A stretch of 64,000 nucleotides of DNA from Octopus sinensis (Eukaryota), in assembly GCF_006345805.1 (NCBI RefSeq), contig NC_043001.1, positions 109,802,001 to 109,866,000 of the forward strand, given 5' to 3'. Position 1 is the first letter of the stretch, and every line of letters starts with the position of its first letter. Positions 38,925 to 51,800 of this stretch are shown one piece after another. Below the pieces are notes generated by a model. It was not told the origin of the DNA. It ran no database searches and saw only the letters and a list, made by a program, of their open reading frames with translations. The translations under genes were made by a program, and so were the position numbers.

Positions 38925-39215
38925 ATGCACGTGAGATAGCGGTTAGCGAATTCCGCTCACGATCATGAGGACGTGTGTTCAATTCCCGGTGATGCGTTGT
39001 GTCCTTGAGCAAGACACTTTATGTCACGTTGTCCCAGTCCACTCAGCTGAGAAGAATGACGAGTACCTGTATTTCAAAGAGCCATCTTTGTCCCATTCCT
39101 TTCCAATGCTGAATCTGCCTGAGAACTAACTTCGTACAGTTAGACAGCAATTTCACGATCGGGCTGTTCCTTTCATGGTATCAACCGGAACATGGTTCGT
39201 CATAACCAATAGAGT
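38925..39215 (+). mobile_element. SINE type D (core Y + tail T1), diverged
   Basis: GTGTCCTTGAGCAAGACACTT...CAGTCCACTCAGCTG...GTACCTGTATTTCAAAG. Confidence 0.7.
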
Positions 39216-39259
39216 GCCATTTTTGTCCTTGGCATATATCCTTTTCTGGGTTTACACCT

Positions 39260-39660
39260 GTTCCGGGTTCAGTCCCACTGCGTGGCACTTTGGGCAAGTG
39301 TCTTCTATTGTAGCCTCGAGCCGACTAAAGCCTTGTGAGTGGATTTGGTAGGCAGAAACTGAAAGAAGCCCGTCGTATATATGTAGATATATATATATAT
39401 ATATGTATGTGTATACGTGTTTGTATGTCTGTGTTTGTCCCCCCCCCCAACATCGCTTGGCAACCGATGCTGGTGTGTTTACGTCTCCGTAACTTAGCAG
39501 TTCAGCAAAAAGAGACCGATAGAATAAGCACTAGGCTTACAAAGAATAAGTCCTGGGGTCGATTTGCTCGACTAAAGGCGATGCTCCAGCATGGCCACAG
39601 TCAAATGACTATAACAAGTAAAAGAGTGTAAAAAGTAAAAGAGTAAAGAGTAAAAGAGTA
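39260..39660 (+). mobile_element. SINE type A, 5'-truncated, with repeated AAAGAGT tail
   Basis: Starts at TTCCGGGTTCAGTCCC. Confidence 0.85.
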
Positions 39661-40070
39661 TACATCTCAAAGACTATTTTATACGAGTTCAATGATCGTG
39701 GTGTGATTCAAAAAATATTTGGCTGCTCTTTCTAGGAGGCCAAGGTTTCCTGTATAATGTGTACTCTGATGTTTGTATTGCTGATAATTCCACCTTCACC
39801 ATTCTATTATTGGTGCAGACAAAATAATGCACAGCAACAATAATACTATTAATTTTTCTTCCTCTAATTGTAATTATTCTTCATGCACGATTTGCTGCCA
39901 ATATTATTTTTAATATTTGAATTATAGCTGCTATTTGAACAATTCTTTACTACATGCACACATACAGACAACCACACGTACACAGACAGACACACAGACG
40001 GTAATGCAACCTCCATTGATATTTCATGTTCCAATATCCGAATTTGGATGTTGAATACTGAATAATTTCT

Positions 40071-40660
40071 TACCTATTTCTTTACTACCCACCAGGGGCT
40101 AAACACAGAGGGGACAAACAAGGACAGACAAACGGATTAAGTCGATTATATCGACGCCAGTGCGTATCTGGTACTTATTTAATCGACCCAGAAAGGATGA
40201 AAGGCAAAGTCGACCTCGGTGGAATTTGAACTCAGAACGTAACGACAGACAAAATACCTATTTCTTTATTATCCACAAGGGGCTAAACATAGAGGGGACA
40301 AACAAGGACAGACAAACGGGTTAAATCGATTATATCGACCCCAGTGCGTAACTGGTACTTAATCGACCCCGAAGGGATGAAAGGCAAAGTCAACCTGGGC
40401 GGAATTTGAACTCAGAACGTAACGACAAACGAAATACCTATTTCTTTATTATTCACAAGGGGCTAAACACAGAGGGGACAGACAAGGACAGACATGGGTA
40501 TTAAGTCGATTAAATCGACTCCAGTGCGTAACTGGTACTTAATTTATCGACCCCGAAAGGATGAAAGGCAAAGTCGACCTCGGCGGAATTTGAACTCAGA
40601 ACGTAACGACAGACGAAATACCACTAAGCATTTCGCCCGGCGTGCTAACGTTTCAGCCCA
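40071..40660 (-). mobile_element. SINE type B trimer
   Basis: AAATACCTATTTC junctions at about 40255 and 40435; single head at 40620-40660. Confidence 0.9.
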
Positions 40661-40941
40661 GCGGTAACGTGACACCACTGAATATATAAATGTAACCCGG
40701 CCTTATGAAAGAAAATACTTTTGAAAAACTCGAACATAACTTCAGAGTGCATTTTGCTAGTTAAGGCTAGTTCATGGCGTTCAACTACCAAGAACGTATA
40801 TTCTCAAAATCCTAGACATGTGATCTTCACATAAAAATCGAGGTAAATTTTCATTAACATAAGTATTTTCTTAAAGTTTCATCGCATAATCTGCAATAAA
40901 ATTACTTCCAAGTCAAACATTGCAAAGACAGGATACACAGA

Positions 40942-41035
40942 AAAAAACGCTGAATGCATTTATGTATGTATGTATGTATGTATGTATGTATGTATGTATG
41001 TATGTATGTATGTATGTATGTATGTATGTATGCAT
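40942..41035. repeat. (TATG)n microsatellite (another at 41575-41645)
   Basis: Direct reading. Confidence 0.9.
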
Positions 41036-42241
41036 GCATTTATCTATGTATGCATGTCATTGTTCAGTTTCTTGGCAAGACGTTTTGCCAATAGGAAAAG
41101 AACCGGTTTCTAACCTAAATCCAAGGCTCCTTCATTGGAATTTCAACATCAACAACAGGGTATTTTTGTATGTATATATGTATGTAGGTATGGTTGTTTG
41201 TATGTATGCATTTATGTATGTATGTATGTATGTATGTATGTGTGTATGTATCTGCAGATTTGTATGTTTTATGTATGTATTTTCAGGCATATAGTTTCAT
41301 ATCTAGACATGCTCATATATTTTCAAATGATAAACTTCTGGAAACTTTTAAAGAGATTTACAGTTCCACTGATGGATTGGATCTGTAGTCTTCGAATTAG
41401 CTTTCTCCTTTTTTTTTTTGAGAAGCATAATGTTTCACGATTGCTATTTGGACAGTGTGTTACATATCTCAGTGCCCCAATAATTACAGGTATAAACCTG
41501 AACTTGTAAACTGGATAGAATAACTGCAGAATTCTCAATAGTTCAGCGTAGGTGTTCTTTTTTCATTGATCTTCAGCTATGTATGTATGTATGTATGTAT
41601 GTATGTATGTATGTATGTATGTATGTATGTATGTATGCATGTATGTATTTATGTATCTATCCATGCTTGTATGTACGAGATTGTGCTGAAAACGTCCTGG
41701 CTTTGGGTATATATAGAAGTATATATATATGTATATACATGTATATATATGTATATATATATACATGTATATATATATAAACATATATACATATCTATCT
41801 GTTTATATATCTCCAAATACCCACAGACACACGCACACACACAGTCATACCCTTATTGGTGTGCGATGATATGTTACCATAAATGTTAGGGCTCTATTGT
41901 CGGCCGTGTTAACATCACACATCTCACTAATGCAATCAGTGAAGCATAGAAATGGAGTCGGGCTATAACTTATTTACAATAGCCACGAAGTTTTAAATCA
42001 ACAAATTATTGGTATTTCTAATATTTCATTACCTAGGATGCAATAATCAGTTATGAAATTGCCAACGCCTCATTTGTCATCTGATCATTGATCTAATCTG
42101 TACTTGAGCTTGGTTTCTGATTATTGATTATAAAGCGTGCGCAATAAAATACCTGAAATATCAACACTTTTTACCTCTTCTTTCTTCATTTGCGTTGTCC
42201 ACAAACACACACACACACACGCGCGCACGCACACACACACA

Positions 42242-42293
<52 letters not shown>

Positions 42294-42315
42294 GCACATA
42301 CATATATGTGCATAG

Positions 42316-43050
42316 CGGAGGCGCGCAATGGCCCAGTGTTTAGGGCAGTGGACTCTCGGACGTAGGATCACTGTCTCGATTCCCAGACCGGACGTTCTGA
42401 GTGTTTATTGAGCGAAAACACCTAAAGCTCCACGAGGCTCCGGCAGTGGTTGGTGGCGAACCCTCGTGTACTTTTTCACCATAACTTTCTCTCACTCTTC
42501 TTTCCTGTTTCTGTTGTACCTCTATTTCAAAGGGTCAACCTTGTCACACTCTGCGTAACGCTGAATTGTGCAGGGTGATTCAAATGTCTCCATACGTAGG
42601 AAAAATTTATTTTTTTCATAAGAAACAGTTTATAAGACCTCCTAGATCCCCTGATCTGACCCCGCTTGATTTCTATCTTTGGGGGCATTTTAAAGGCATG
42701 GTGTATCGCGGGAACATAAAAGACATAAATCATTTGAAGGAACGCATCACCAACTCCTTTGCACACATAACACCAGATGTGTTATTACGAGTTCGCAATG
42801 AGTGGGGTAAACGTATTGCAATGTGGATTCAAAACAATGGTAACTATAAAGAGACTGTTAAATAAAAAACAGAAAAAGATAAATGTTTCCTATGTATGGT
42901 GACTTTTGAATCACCCTGTAGTTTCCCGAGAACTACATTAAGGGTACACGTGTCTGTGGAGTGGTCAGGCACTTGCACGTTAATTTCACGAGCAGGCTGT
43001 TCGGCGGATTGGATCGACTGGAACCCATGTCGTAACGGATGGAGTGCCGT
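42316..43050 (+). mobile_element. SINE type C (X+T1) split by a DNA transposon insertion
   Basis: Collinear with the 52288 copy up to GCTGAAT (42567) and resumes at TCCCGAGAACTAC (about 42923). Confidence 0.85.
42571..42918 (+). mobile_element. Internally deleted Tc1/mariner-superfamily transposon (348 bp)
   Basis: ~40-bp TIRs CAGGGTGATTCAAA..TC.CCATAC.TAGGAAA.ATTTAT; TG/TA flanks; retains RPPRSPDLTPLDFYLWGHFKGMVY. Confidence 0.9.
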
Positions 43051-43724
43051 AGTAATGTGCATGTATGTATGTTTGTATATAAACATGTACATATGTACAT
43101 GTATGTATATATATTTAGTCCCTTCAGCCCTCAGAAAATCTATTGATGAAAGGTCTTCAAGCAGTAAACTTACCCTTTTGAATCTTTATATAGCGTGCAC
43201 CTTGAACCTCATTTTCAATACATATTCTTCTTTGAATGGTAATAAACCTTGATATGACGGAATTTAGCTGCTATTTCTCAAAGGCTGAGTGATTGTATGC
43301 AAGACCTGTCATTGGTTTGCTTCCAGATTCTTCCTCTCTCTGTTGCGGATATATTATATAATCTTTCTCCAATTCCTTGATGTATTGCAAAAATATTGGA
43401 ATGAACAAATCTATTCTACGTTTGCGACAATTATTATAAGAATTTAAACACTTGCTTCAAAATACTTGTTTATTTATATGAATATTTTAAGCGCAAATTG
43501 AGAGGACTGTTGAGAAGAGGATGTTATTCAACTTCATCGTTATCAATACTTCAGAGGCAATTCATTTTACTAAATCTAAAATGCAAATTTAATTTCAACA
43601 AAGCACTATCACATACTGTTTTTTCTTCCATAAACTATCTGTTCGCCATCCCTACCTCAAAAATGGTAATACTTTCTAAAATAAATCAAGCTATCAACTT
43701 TTCTGTTCTATGTTTTAGAGACGA

Positions 43725-43900
43725 CGTAATATATACATTATTTACATTAGACAGATAGGTATCCTCACCTCGTTTGCTATTACCACAAGGTTACATCTCA
43801 TGTACTTTCCTGGCTTCATCAGGTATCCTGGTAGAATTTTGAACCCATCCCTTTATTTAACTAATGGATTACTCGGTTCTCATTCCTAAGGTTTTTTGTT
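43725..43900 (-). mobile_element. Penelope-like terminal-repeat remnant (family of 36000 and 49340)
   Basis: TTCATCAGGTATCCTGGTAGAATTTTGAACC and GGTTCTCATTCCTAAGG shared with 49420-49490. Confidence 0.55.
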
Positions 43901-43957
43901 GTTTTTTTTTGCTGATGCTATTATTAATTATTCAAGACACTGCCTGGGATTGGACTC

Positions 43958-44255
43958 ACAAGTCGGAATTTGAACTTAGAACTTAGAACGGCAGACGAAA
44001 TGCCTATTTCTTTACTACCCACAAGGGGCTAATCACAGAGGAGACAAACAAGGACAGACAGACGGATTAGCCGTATTTCGCCTGCCGTTACGTTCTGAGT
44101 TCAAATTCCGCCGAGGTCGACTTTGCCTTTCATTCTTTCGGGGTAGATGAATTTAGTACCAGTTACGCACTGGGGTCGATATAATCGACTTAATCCGTTT
44201 GTCTGTTCTTGTTGGTTTCCTCTGTGATTAGCCCCTTGTGGGTAGTAAAGAAATA
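43958..44255. mobile_element. SINE type B with internal inversion (43958-44070 minus; 44071-44255 plus)
   Basis: Both parts carry tail A with the same private variant GTGATTAGCCCC. Confidence 0.8.
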
Positions 44256-44354
44256 TATACCATACACAGGTCATTATATTATATTCTTTCAAGGCTCGAA
44301 CTGGAAGAAACGTAAGCACGCCTGACAAAACGTTTAGGGGTAGTTCGTCTGGGG

Positions 44355-44720
44355 TATCTTCTGAGTTCAAATTCCGCCGAGGCCGACTTTGCCTTTCATC
44401 ATTTCGAAGTTGAACCCTAGGGTCGATGTAAACGACTTTGACCTCCCCTAATGTTGCTGGTCTTGTACAAAATTTGAAACTGAAATATTATATTTTGTTT
44501 TAAGGTTGAGAACTGTCACAATCAACGGTATACCGGACAAAATGTTTAGCGGGATTTCTCCTGTCTCGTTTGGTTTCTAGTTCAAGTAGCACTGAAGTTA
44601 ATTTTAACTTTCATCCTTAAGGGGGTCGATACAGTCAGTAGGATTCAATCACCAGAGTCAATGTAATCGATATTCGCCATACCCTCAAAATTTCTTAGGT
44701 TCGTGTTGAAATTGCAAAGA
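44355..44720 (+). mobile_element. Two diverged SINE type B fragments
   Basis: GAGTTCAAATTCCGCCGAGGCCGACTTTGCC at 44362; older copy at 44500-44720. Confidence 0.6.
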
Positions 44721-44737
44721 ATATATTATATTTATAT

Positions 44738-44963
44738 TTTTTTGCCCACAGGGGCTGAACATAGAGGGGACAAACAAGACAGACAAAGGGTTTATATCGA
44801 TTACATCGACACCTGCGCGTAACTGGTACTTATTTAATCGACCCCGAAAGGATGAAAGGCAAAGTCGACCTCGGCGGAATTTGAACTCAGAACGTAGCGG
44901 CTGACGAAATACCGCTAAACATCTCGCCCGGTGTGCTAACGATTCTGCCACCTCGCCGCCTTA
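44738..44963 (-). mobile_element. SINE type B monomer (tail A)
   Basis: Head, body and tail complete. Confidence 0.88.
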
Positions 44964-45112
44964 AACGGGAACGAAGATAATGACACACAAACACCGATGG
45001 GGATGGGGTACGACAAACACTGACACAAACACATACACACATACACAAAGAAAAAGACACACACACAAACATACACACCTACAAATATATATATATATAT
45101 ATATAATATATA

Positions 45113-45194
<82 letters not shown>

Positions 45195-45285
45195 ATATAA
45201 TTCGAGACAAAACCACTATTTTGCAAAACAAACAAGGAAAGACTTAATCAATACATAAACATTTTTAATATAAAGAAATAAACCG

Positions 45286-45328
45286 CCACTACAATCGTTT
45301 CATGTCTTCAATGACATTCGTCAGGTGG
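45286..45328 (-). ncRNA. Minimal type I hammerhead ribozyme (minus-strand copy)
   Basis: Exact reverse complement of 45606-45648. Confidence 0.75.
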
Positions 45329-45605
45329 ATTTTCGATCTAAAATATCAATATATTAAAATATAAGTTTAAAATAATAAAATTATCAATGAAAAATATAAA
45401 TATATATAACCTATATATAATCTATATATAATCTATATATAATCAATATATAATCTAAAATAAACCCTATAAACAATTGAATATAAAGAAACCTATTATT
45501 AAAGTTCTCATATTTAAAGATGTACAAAAAACAAAATACAAAAAACAAAAACAAAACAACAAAAACAAAAAACAAAAAAACAAAAACAAAAACAAAAACA
45601 AAAAT

Positions 45606-45648
45606 CCACCTGACGAATGTCATTGAAGACATGAAACGATTGTAGTGG
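45606..45648 (+). ncRNA. Minimal type I hammerhead ribozyme
   Basis: Stem I CCAC/GUGG; core CUGACGA; stem II AUGUC-auugaa-GACAU; GAAA; stem III AC-gauu-GU; cleavage triplet GUA (45642-44). Confidence 0.78.
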
Positions 45649-45828
45649 CGGTTTATTTCTTTATATTAAAAATTTTTATGCATTGATTAAGTCTTTCCTT
45701 GTTTGTTTTGCAAAATAGTGGTTTTGTCTCGAATTATATTATATAATATTTTGCTATAAAACTGGATTTAATCCTAAATCTGATTTTTCCCCGTAAATTT
45801 GGATTTATTCCCTAATATTTATTATATG

Positions 45829-45859
<31 letters not shown>

Positions 45860-46034
45860 CATATTAAATTAGAGATAAAACCACTATTAGGCAAATCAAA
45901 CAGTGAAAATCATAAGCCAATACATAGAAATAAAATTAATTAAAAAATATATAAAAAATATAAAACATAAAATATAAAAGTCCAATTAAAATATTAAATT
46001 AAAGTTAAAATTTTTAAAATTATTTATTTATTTA

Positions 46035-46085
<51 letters not shown>

Positions 46086-46190
46086 ATATTATATATTATA
46101 TTAATTATATATGTTATTTGTTATTTAGGTATTGGCTTATATCTATCACTGTCTGAGTTGCATAATAGTAGTTTTATCTCTAATTCATAT
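45860..46190. repeat. Older inverted pair (related Penelope-like family)
   Basis: TTAGAGATAAAACCACTATT...AAGCCAATAC (45870-45925) is inverted at about 46128-46185. Confidence 0.55.
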
Positions 46191-46206
46191 TATGTATATA
46201 TATATA

Positions 46207-46249
<43 letters not shown>

Positions 46250-46687
46250 CGACGGGCTTCTATTTACTTCCGTCTATCAAATACCCAATGCGTCGCACAA
46301 TACAATGTGACATACTTGCTTGATACAAGTATGTGTGTGTGCATGTGTGTGTGTGTGTGTGGTATATGTATAATGTTGTACTCATGAAGTAGTTACGGAT
46401 TTCATTTCATAAAGCACGATGCAAAACACTTCATCTCATGGTGCTTTGCGATCACTTCGACACCTCACGTGTGACAGGCCGTGCCGATGCGCAGGCAACG
46501 ACGATTTGATGGAGCGAACTAATATACAGTACAAACACCGGATCATTATTAAACAACCATTTGTGCAATTGTTGAGCAAGATATTGCAGAACTCCAAGTT
46601 TCTCTGACTATGAGTCTATTATCATTATATATATACATATACAGTTGTATGTTTCTCTGTCTCTGACTCTGTCTGTTTGTCTCATTC

Positions 46688-46747
<60 letters not shown>

Positions 46748-47072
46748 CTTATCACTAACGTTTTCCCTCTTTCTCTTTCTCTCTCGCTCTCAATTTCTCC
46801 TCTCCCGTTTTCTCTCTCTGACTCTCTCCGTGGTTGCGCGTGTTTCTCTGAGTTTGTAATGTTTTTCATGGCGGTGATCGTCAGACAAGGTAGCGTTTGT
46901 GCAAATGTCTATGTGCGGGAGAATATATATAGTTTCATTAAGTGGTAAACACAATAGAATATATTGAAATCAATTCTCCTATCTTTGTTCAAAACTAGAA
47001 TATTTATGCATATATGTATATGTATATACGTATGTATGTATATATATATGTATGTGTGTGTGAGTGTGCATG

Positions 47073-47119
<47 letters not shown>

Positions 47120-47214
47120 TATAATATATATATATATATATGTATATATATGTATGTATTTATGTATATACGTACGTGTTTATATGAGTAGGTACGTGTA
47201 TATGTATACCAGAT

Positions 47215-48330
47215 GCGAAGGGTGCTTCAGAACACTTAATTATCTGAATATTGCTCTCTTCAAAAGGATTAAAATATTGTTTATTTGCCATCCATCATGG
47301 CAGATAAAATTCTAGCACAAGAAATGACACATATTCATCGTTACCATATGTGCACAACAAAGTGTTTTAAGAACACCATGTTTGTAGATGTTGTAAGATA
47401 TTTCATACAGAAATTTCGGATGGAATTAGATATTTCTGGCGGGAATGTTTCCATTCTATAAAATAGGGATAAAATTTTAAACGGTCGTACCCTACAAGAA
47501 CACCGAATTTTGTTGAATGTGTAAAAAAAACCCATTAGAGATGATGTTCCCAGTAAAGCAATGAGCCCTCCGTCAAAGAACTTCATGTGTAAGTTTCCTC
47601 TACGAGAACTACAGTACTGCAGAACAATAGATGCTCATCGTATGTGCAATGGAGAGGCCTGTTAACGTTTGCAAAACCACAGGGAAGCACTTGATTAGTG
47701 CCAAGCGGATATGTACTAAGGTTGAAAACCCTCACAAAAATGTCATGAATTGGTTCTTCTCAGATGAGAAAGAAATTATACAAAGGACGAATTCCTTACA
47801 CGAGAAGAAATGACAGATGGCTATGCTCAGATCCTTGTGTTGTACTCAAATTCTCCAGCAACTATGGTGGTCTTCGGAGTACTGAGTAGTAACCGTCATT
47901 TTATCCCACGTGTTTATGCAGGGGTTAATAATCAACGCTGCTGGACACGTTGAGGTTTTAGAGATAGGTGTGAAGCCCGGGATGGATAAATTATGCAGTG
48001 GAAAGCCATGTGTATTTTAATAAGTTTTACCGTCTTCTCACAAACCCCACTTCTCCAAACGATAGATGTCATACACTATTTACGATAATGTAACACCTAA
48101 TTTGCGGCCTTCATCTTGCTAAATTTAAACAAAGAACTACGTTTGTAGTGTCATTAGATAGGATACTATTCAACATACAATACTTAGCTGAAAGCCGCAA
48201 TGTCTACATGATGTCAGAAATGAAAAAGGACTGTTTAGTACAGGTATGTCAACTATTCCGATCCCGCTCAGAATCCTTCATCAAAGATGAATGTCAATTC
48301 AAAAAATAGGAAATCTTATTGAGAACATGT
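47215..48330 (+). pseudogene. Decayed maT (DD37D) Tc1/mariner transposase
   Basis: NWFFSDEK, RRNDRWLCSDP, KFPATMVVFGVLSS and ...VKPGMDK...GKPCVF in broken frames. Confidence 0.75.
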
Positions 48331-48557
48331 GCACCAAGTTATACTAACATACATTTTTGTGTGTGTTCTTGTTTTCTGTTTTTGTTTAGAATTGTCTTAT
48401 TGCATTACCAAATATGACTTCAAATACTTCTCGCATTTTATTTATATATATATTCATAAATATATATGTGTGTATATATATATATAAATATATATTATAC
48501 ACTTATATATATATATTTATATATATACATTTATGTGTGTTTGTTTGTGTAGTGGGA

Positions 48558-48634
<77 letters not shown>

Positions 48635-49339
48635 GGAGATAAATGTATGATTCAGCAAAACAATATAAAGATGATTAACGTGATATAATCATTCTTTTCA
48701 TTTTTACACAGATATGAAGCTGGCTGTGTGAACACTTGCTGAATATCTTCGGCGTGATTCTGTTCTTTGATACTATGCAATTACTCTGACATTGTTTGAT
48801 TACATTTCGTTCTTTAACATACCTTTGTCTGTGATGCTTCTTGTTAGAATCAGCAAGATCGTCTACTTTCACACATTTTCATTAAGACTCTTTTTGAAAA
48901 AAATGCAGTGTGGCTTCTTTAAGCAAATCATCAGCTTTCGTTGTTTTTGTTTCTATTTCTTCTACCGACCAGATCATTTAGTCACTTATACTTACGTATA
49001 AATATATAATTCATTCTTAACAAAAATTTAAATTTCATTCTAGTTTGTTGACTACATTTACTGCAACATATCTGTTTTCAAGAATGCTAATTCTACTAAA
49101 TTCAATTGTATTCTAAATAAATTAGATGCTCTTTTTGTTGCAATTGATTTGAAGGGTTACCTTATATATTCTCCGTCGTCACGTCAAGTCCATGTTGTTA
49201 TTCTTGCACGTGTGTTTCTATACTGAAAACATTTCAGCACTACAACTACCATATTTCTTTCACAATTAGGTATGACTCCTTTAGTCCATGTACTCTATTT
49301 TTCTGAGAAATTTAGGAGCAATTTTCAGGATATTTATTC

Positions 49340-49790
49340 GTGTACATTATTTACATTGGACGGATATGCGTCCTCATCTGTTTGTTGTTACCACAACGTT
49401 TCGGCTGATTTACTCTCCACCCTTCATCAGGTGTCCTGGTGGACTTTTGAACACAACCCTGGGTTCTCATTCCTAAGGTAATTTTTGCTAATGTTACTAT
49501 TATTATTATTATTGCCTTTGTACAGCTTCTAACGCTGGTGATGTACTACGGTGTCAGCTGTTCACTAACAGTGAACTAAGGTAACACCTCCTATATTTCG
49601 GGCACTTTCCGGAGTATTCAAGCGGTTCCAAGCAGTGCTTTTTTCTTCAAGTGCTCCACTCTTATTGCAGCCCCTATTAGTTCCATGTACTTCTCAAGAT
49701 TTTTACTCACTGTTCCCGGAGCTCCGACAATTATTGGTACTACTGCCAACTTTTTCATCGACCACAACAGCTTAACCTCCTAAGCTAACC

Positions 49791-49830
<40 letters not shown>

Positions 49831-50000
49831 GCTATTTATTGAAGGCACTCCTGGAATTAAACTACGGGTCGGGTTCAAAATTCCACCATGAGACCTGATG
49901 AAGGCTTGAGAGTAAAAATACGTCAAACAAGACGAGGACACATATCCGTCCAATATAAATAATGTAAGTAATGTACAGAACTCCTCATCTCTTAAAATAC
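49340..50000. mobile_element. Inverted pair of Penelope-like terminal repeats around (ATT)n
   Basis: 49340-49495 (-) has GACAC-CTGATGA-...CAGCC-GAAAC-GTT-GTG; 49840-50000 (+) is the decayed paralog. Confidence 0.7.
49514..49792 (-). mobile_element. 5'-truncated R4/Dong-like non-LTR retrotransposon inside (TAA)n
   Basis: Minus strand EVKLLWSMKKLAVVPIIVGAPGTVSKNLEKYMELIGAAIRVEHLKKKALLGTA*ILRKV matches the R4-clade C-terminus; (ATT)n on both sides. Confidence 0.75.
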
Positions 50001-50167
50001 AGAACAGTATTTATTCGTGTATTTAACAATGAATTTGTCAAGTGGATATAATACAACTATACCAATGGATTCGAGTCCTTTATTTAAAAGCTGCTCTCTG
50101 GATGATGATGTTTAGGTAAATACGATAACGTATACATTAATATCTTATACTTGTCAATGTGGTAAGC

Positions 50168-50310
50168 TGTGGAGGTGCAATGGCCCAGTGGTTAGGGCAG
50201 TGGACTCCCAGTCGGAGGATAGCAGTTTCGATTCCCAGACCGGGCGTTGTGTGTGTTTATTGAGCGAAAACACTTAAAGCCCCACGAGTCTCCGGAAGGG
50301 GGTTGTGACG
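50168..50310 (+). mobile_element. SINE type C head/core fragment
   Basis: GTGGAGGTGCAATGGCCCAGTGGTTAGGGCAG. Confidence 0.8.
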
Positions 50311-50319
50311 ACACACACG

Positions 50320-50371
<52 letters not shown>

Positions 50372-51295
50372 GTCTTGAGCTGAAAGTGAATAGAAATAAA
50401 AGTTAAAAATATACATAATTGTGTATATATATATAATATATACTTACATATATATATATGTGTGTGTGATTCGTTTTAGAATTGACTGTACAATATTTTG
50501 ATATATTTTAAATTATCATCCAATAAAGCATTTCAATATTTTTCCGACCGAATATGAAGGCATCAATTTGTAGCACTGTTTGTATTTCATTCTAGCAAAA
50601 CTGGTGTAGATGTATTTATTCATTGAATATCTTTGAGAAAGATATTAATATCTGTGTATCAATTTCATTGCTTCATATATTTTATAGCATATGCGAGATC
50701 ACAGGCATAAAACCTTCAATAACAATTGTGTTTCTTATTAAATTCTTTCCTCTCTCTTGTTCTTATAAAACCAAGCATTGTCTCCCAAGCTTTTGCAAAA
50801 ATAATCATCTTTTTTTTCCACAGTCATCAATTTTCCTTCCAACACAGCTTCCACGTCTTCGGGCTAAATCTTATGAAAGAATATAAGAACATGTTTTATA
50901 ACAATTATTTTAGGAATATCTTCAATGTAATTAGATCGAAAGAATCCGTACAACCTCTGAACCCATATTAAATGCGAGTCTGTGCATTTTTTGCTAACAT
51001 ACCTGGAGATTCAACATTCAAATTAAATATTCTGTTAAGTAGTAAAATTCACATTATCAAAACGCTAGAAATGTCAAGTATTGAACCTGTGTTAGGAATC
51101 AATATTACTCGTGACGTTTGGATTGCAGAACGGGTAATGCCAACGATAAAAGATTTTTACATTACGACAAACCCATAGAGGTGTCGATTTTGCATTTTAG
51201 CTTCCGTTGCAGGCAAAACATTTTCAAATCATAAAAAGCCATTAACTTAGAATTATCTCCGGAACAGTAAGAGACCAATATACTATATTGTTTAA

Positions 51296-51672
51296 GGCGG
51301 CGAGCTGGCAGAAACGTTAGCGCACCGGGCGAAATGCTGTAGCGGTATTTCGTCTGCCGCTACGTTCTGAGTTCAAATTCCGCCGAGGTCGACTTTGCCT
51401 TTCATCCTTTCGGGGTCGATAAATTGAGTACCAGTTACGCACTGGGGTCGATGTAATCGAATTAATCCGTTTGTCTGTCCTTGTTTGTCCTCTCTGTGTT
51501 TAGCCCCTTGTGGGCAGTAAAGAAATATGTATTTCGTCTGCCGCTACGTTCTGTGTTCAAATTCGGACGAGGTCGACTTTGCCTATCATCCTTTCGGGGT
51601 CGATAAATTAAGTAGCCATTTGCGTACTGTGGTTGATCTAATCGAGTAGCCCCCTCCCCCAAAATTTGGATC
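51296..51672 (+). mobile_element. SINE type B dimer (unit 1 tail A, unit 2 tail B start)
   Basis: Junction AAAGAAATATGTATTTCG at about 51520-51537. Confidence 0.88.
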
Positions 51673-51689
51673 ATCTTCGTTCCAGTGAC

Positions 51690-51800
51690 TCTGGTATTCG
51701 GCAAACGAAACCTATAGACCAAGCATTAAAGTAAACTAAGTGCTGGGGTCGATTCGTTCGAATAAAATCCTTTAAGGTGGTGCTGCAGCACGGCCGCAAC
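51690..51800 (+). mobile_element. SINE type A 3' fragment, diverged
   Basis: CTGGGGTCGATT...GGTGCTGCAGCACGGCCGCA. Confidence 0.55.

Larger units (their letters stand above)
45191..45744. mobile_element. Inverted pair of Penelope-like terminal repeats (~143-bp arms, ~2 mismatches)
   Basis: 45191-45333 is the reverse complement of 45601-45744; AT-rich spacer. Confidence 0.85.
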
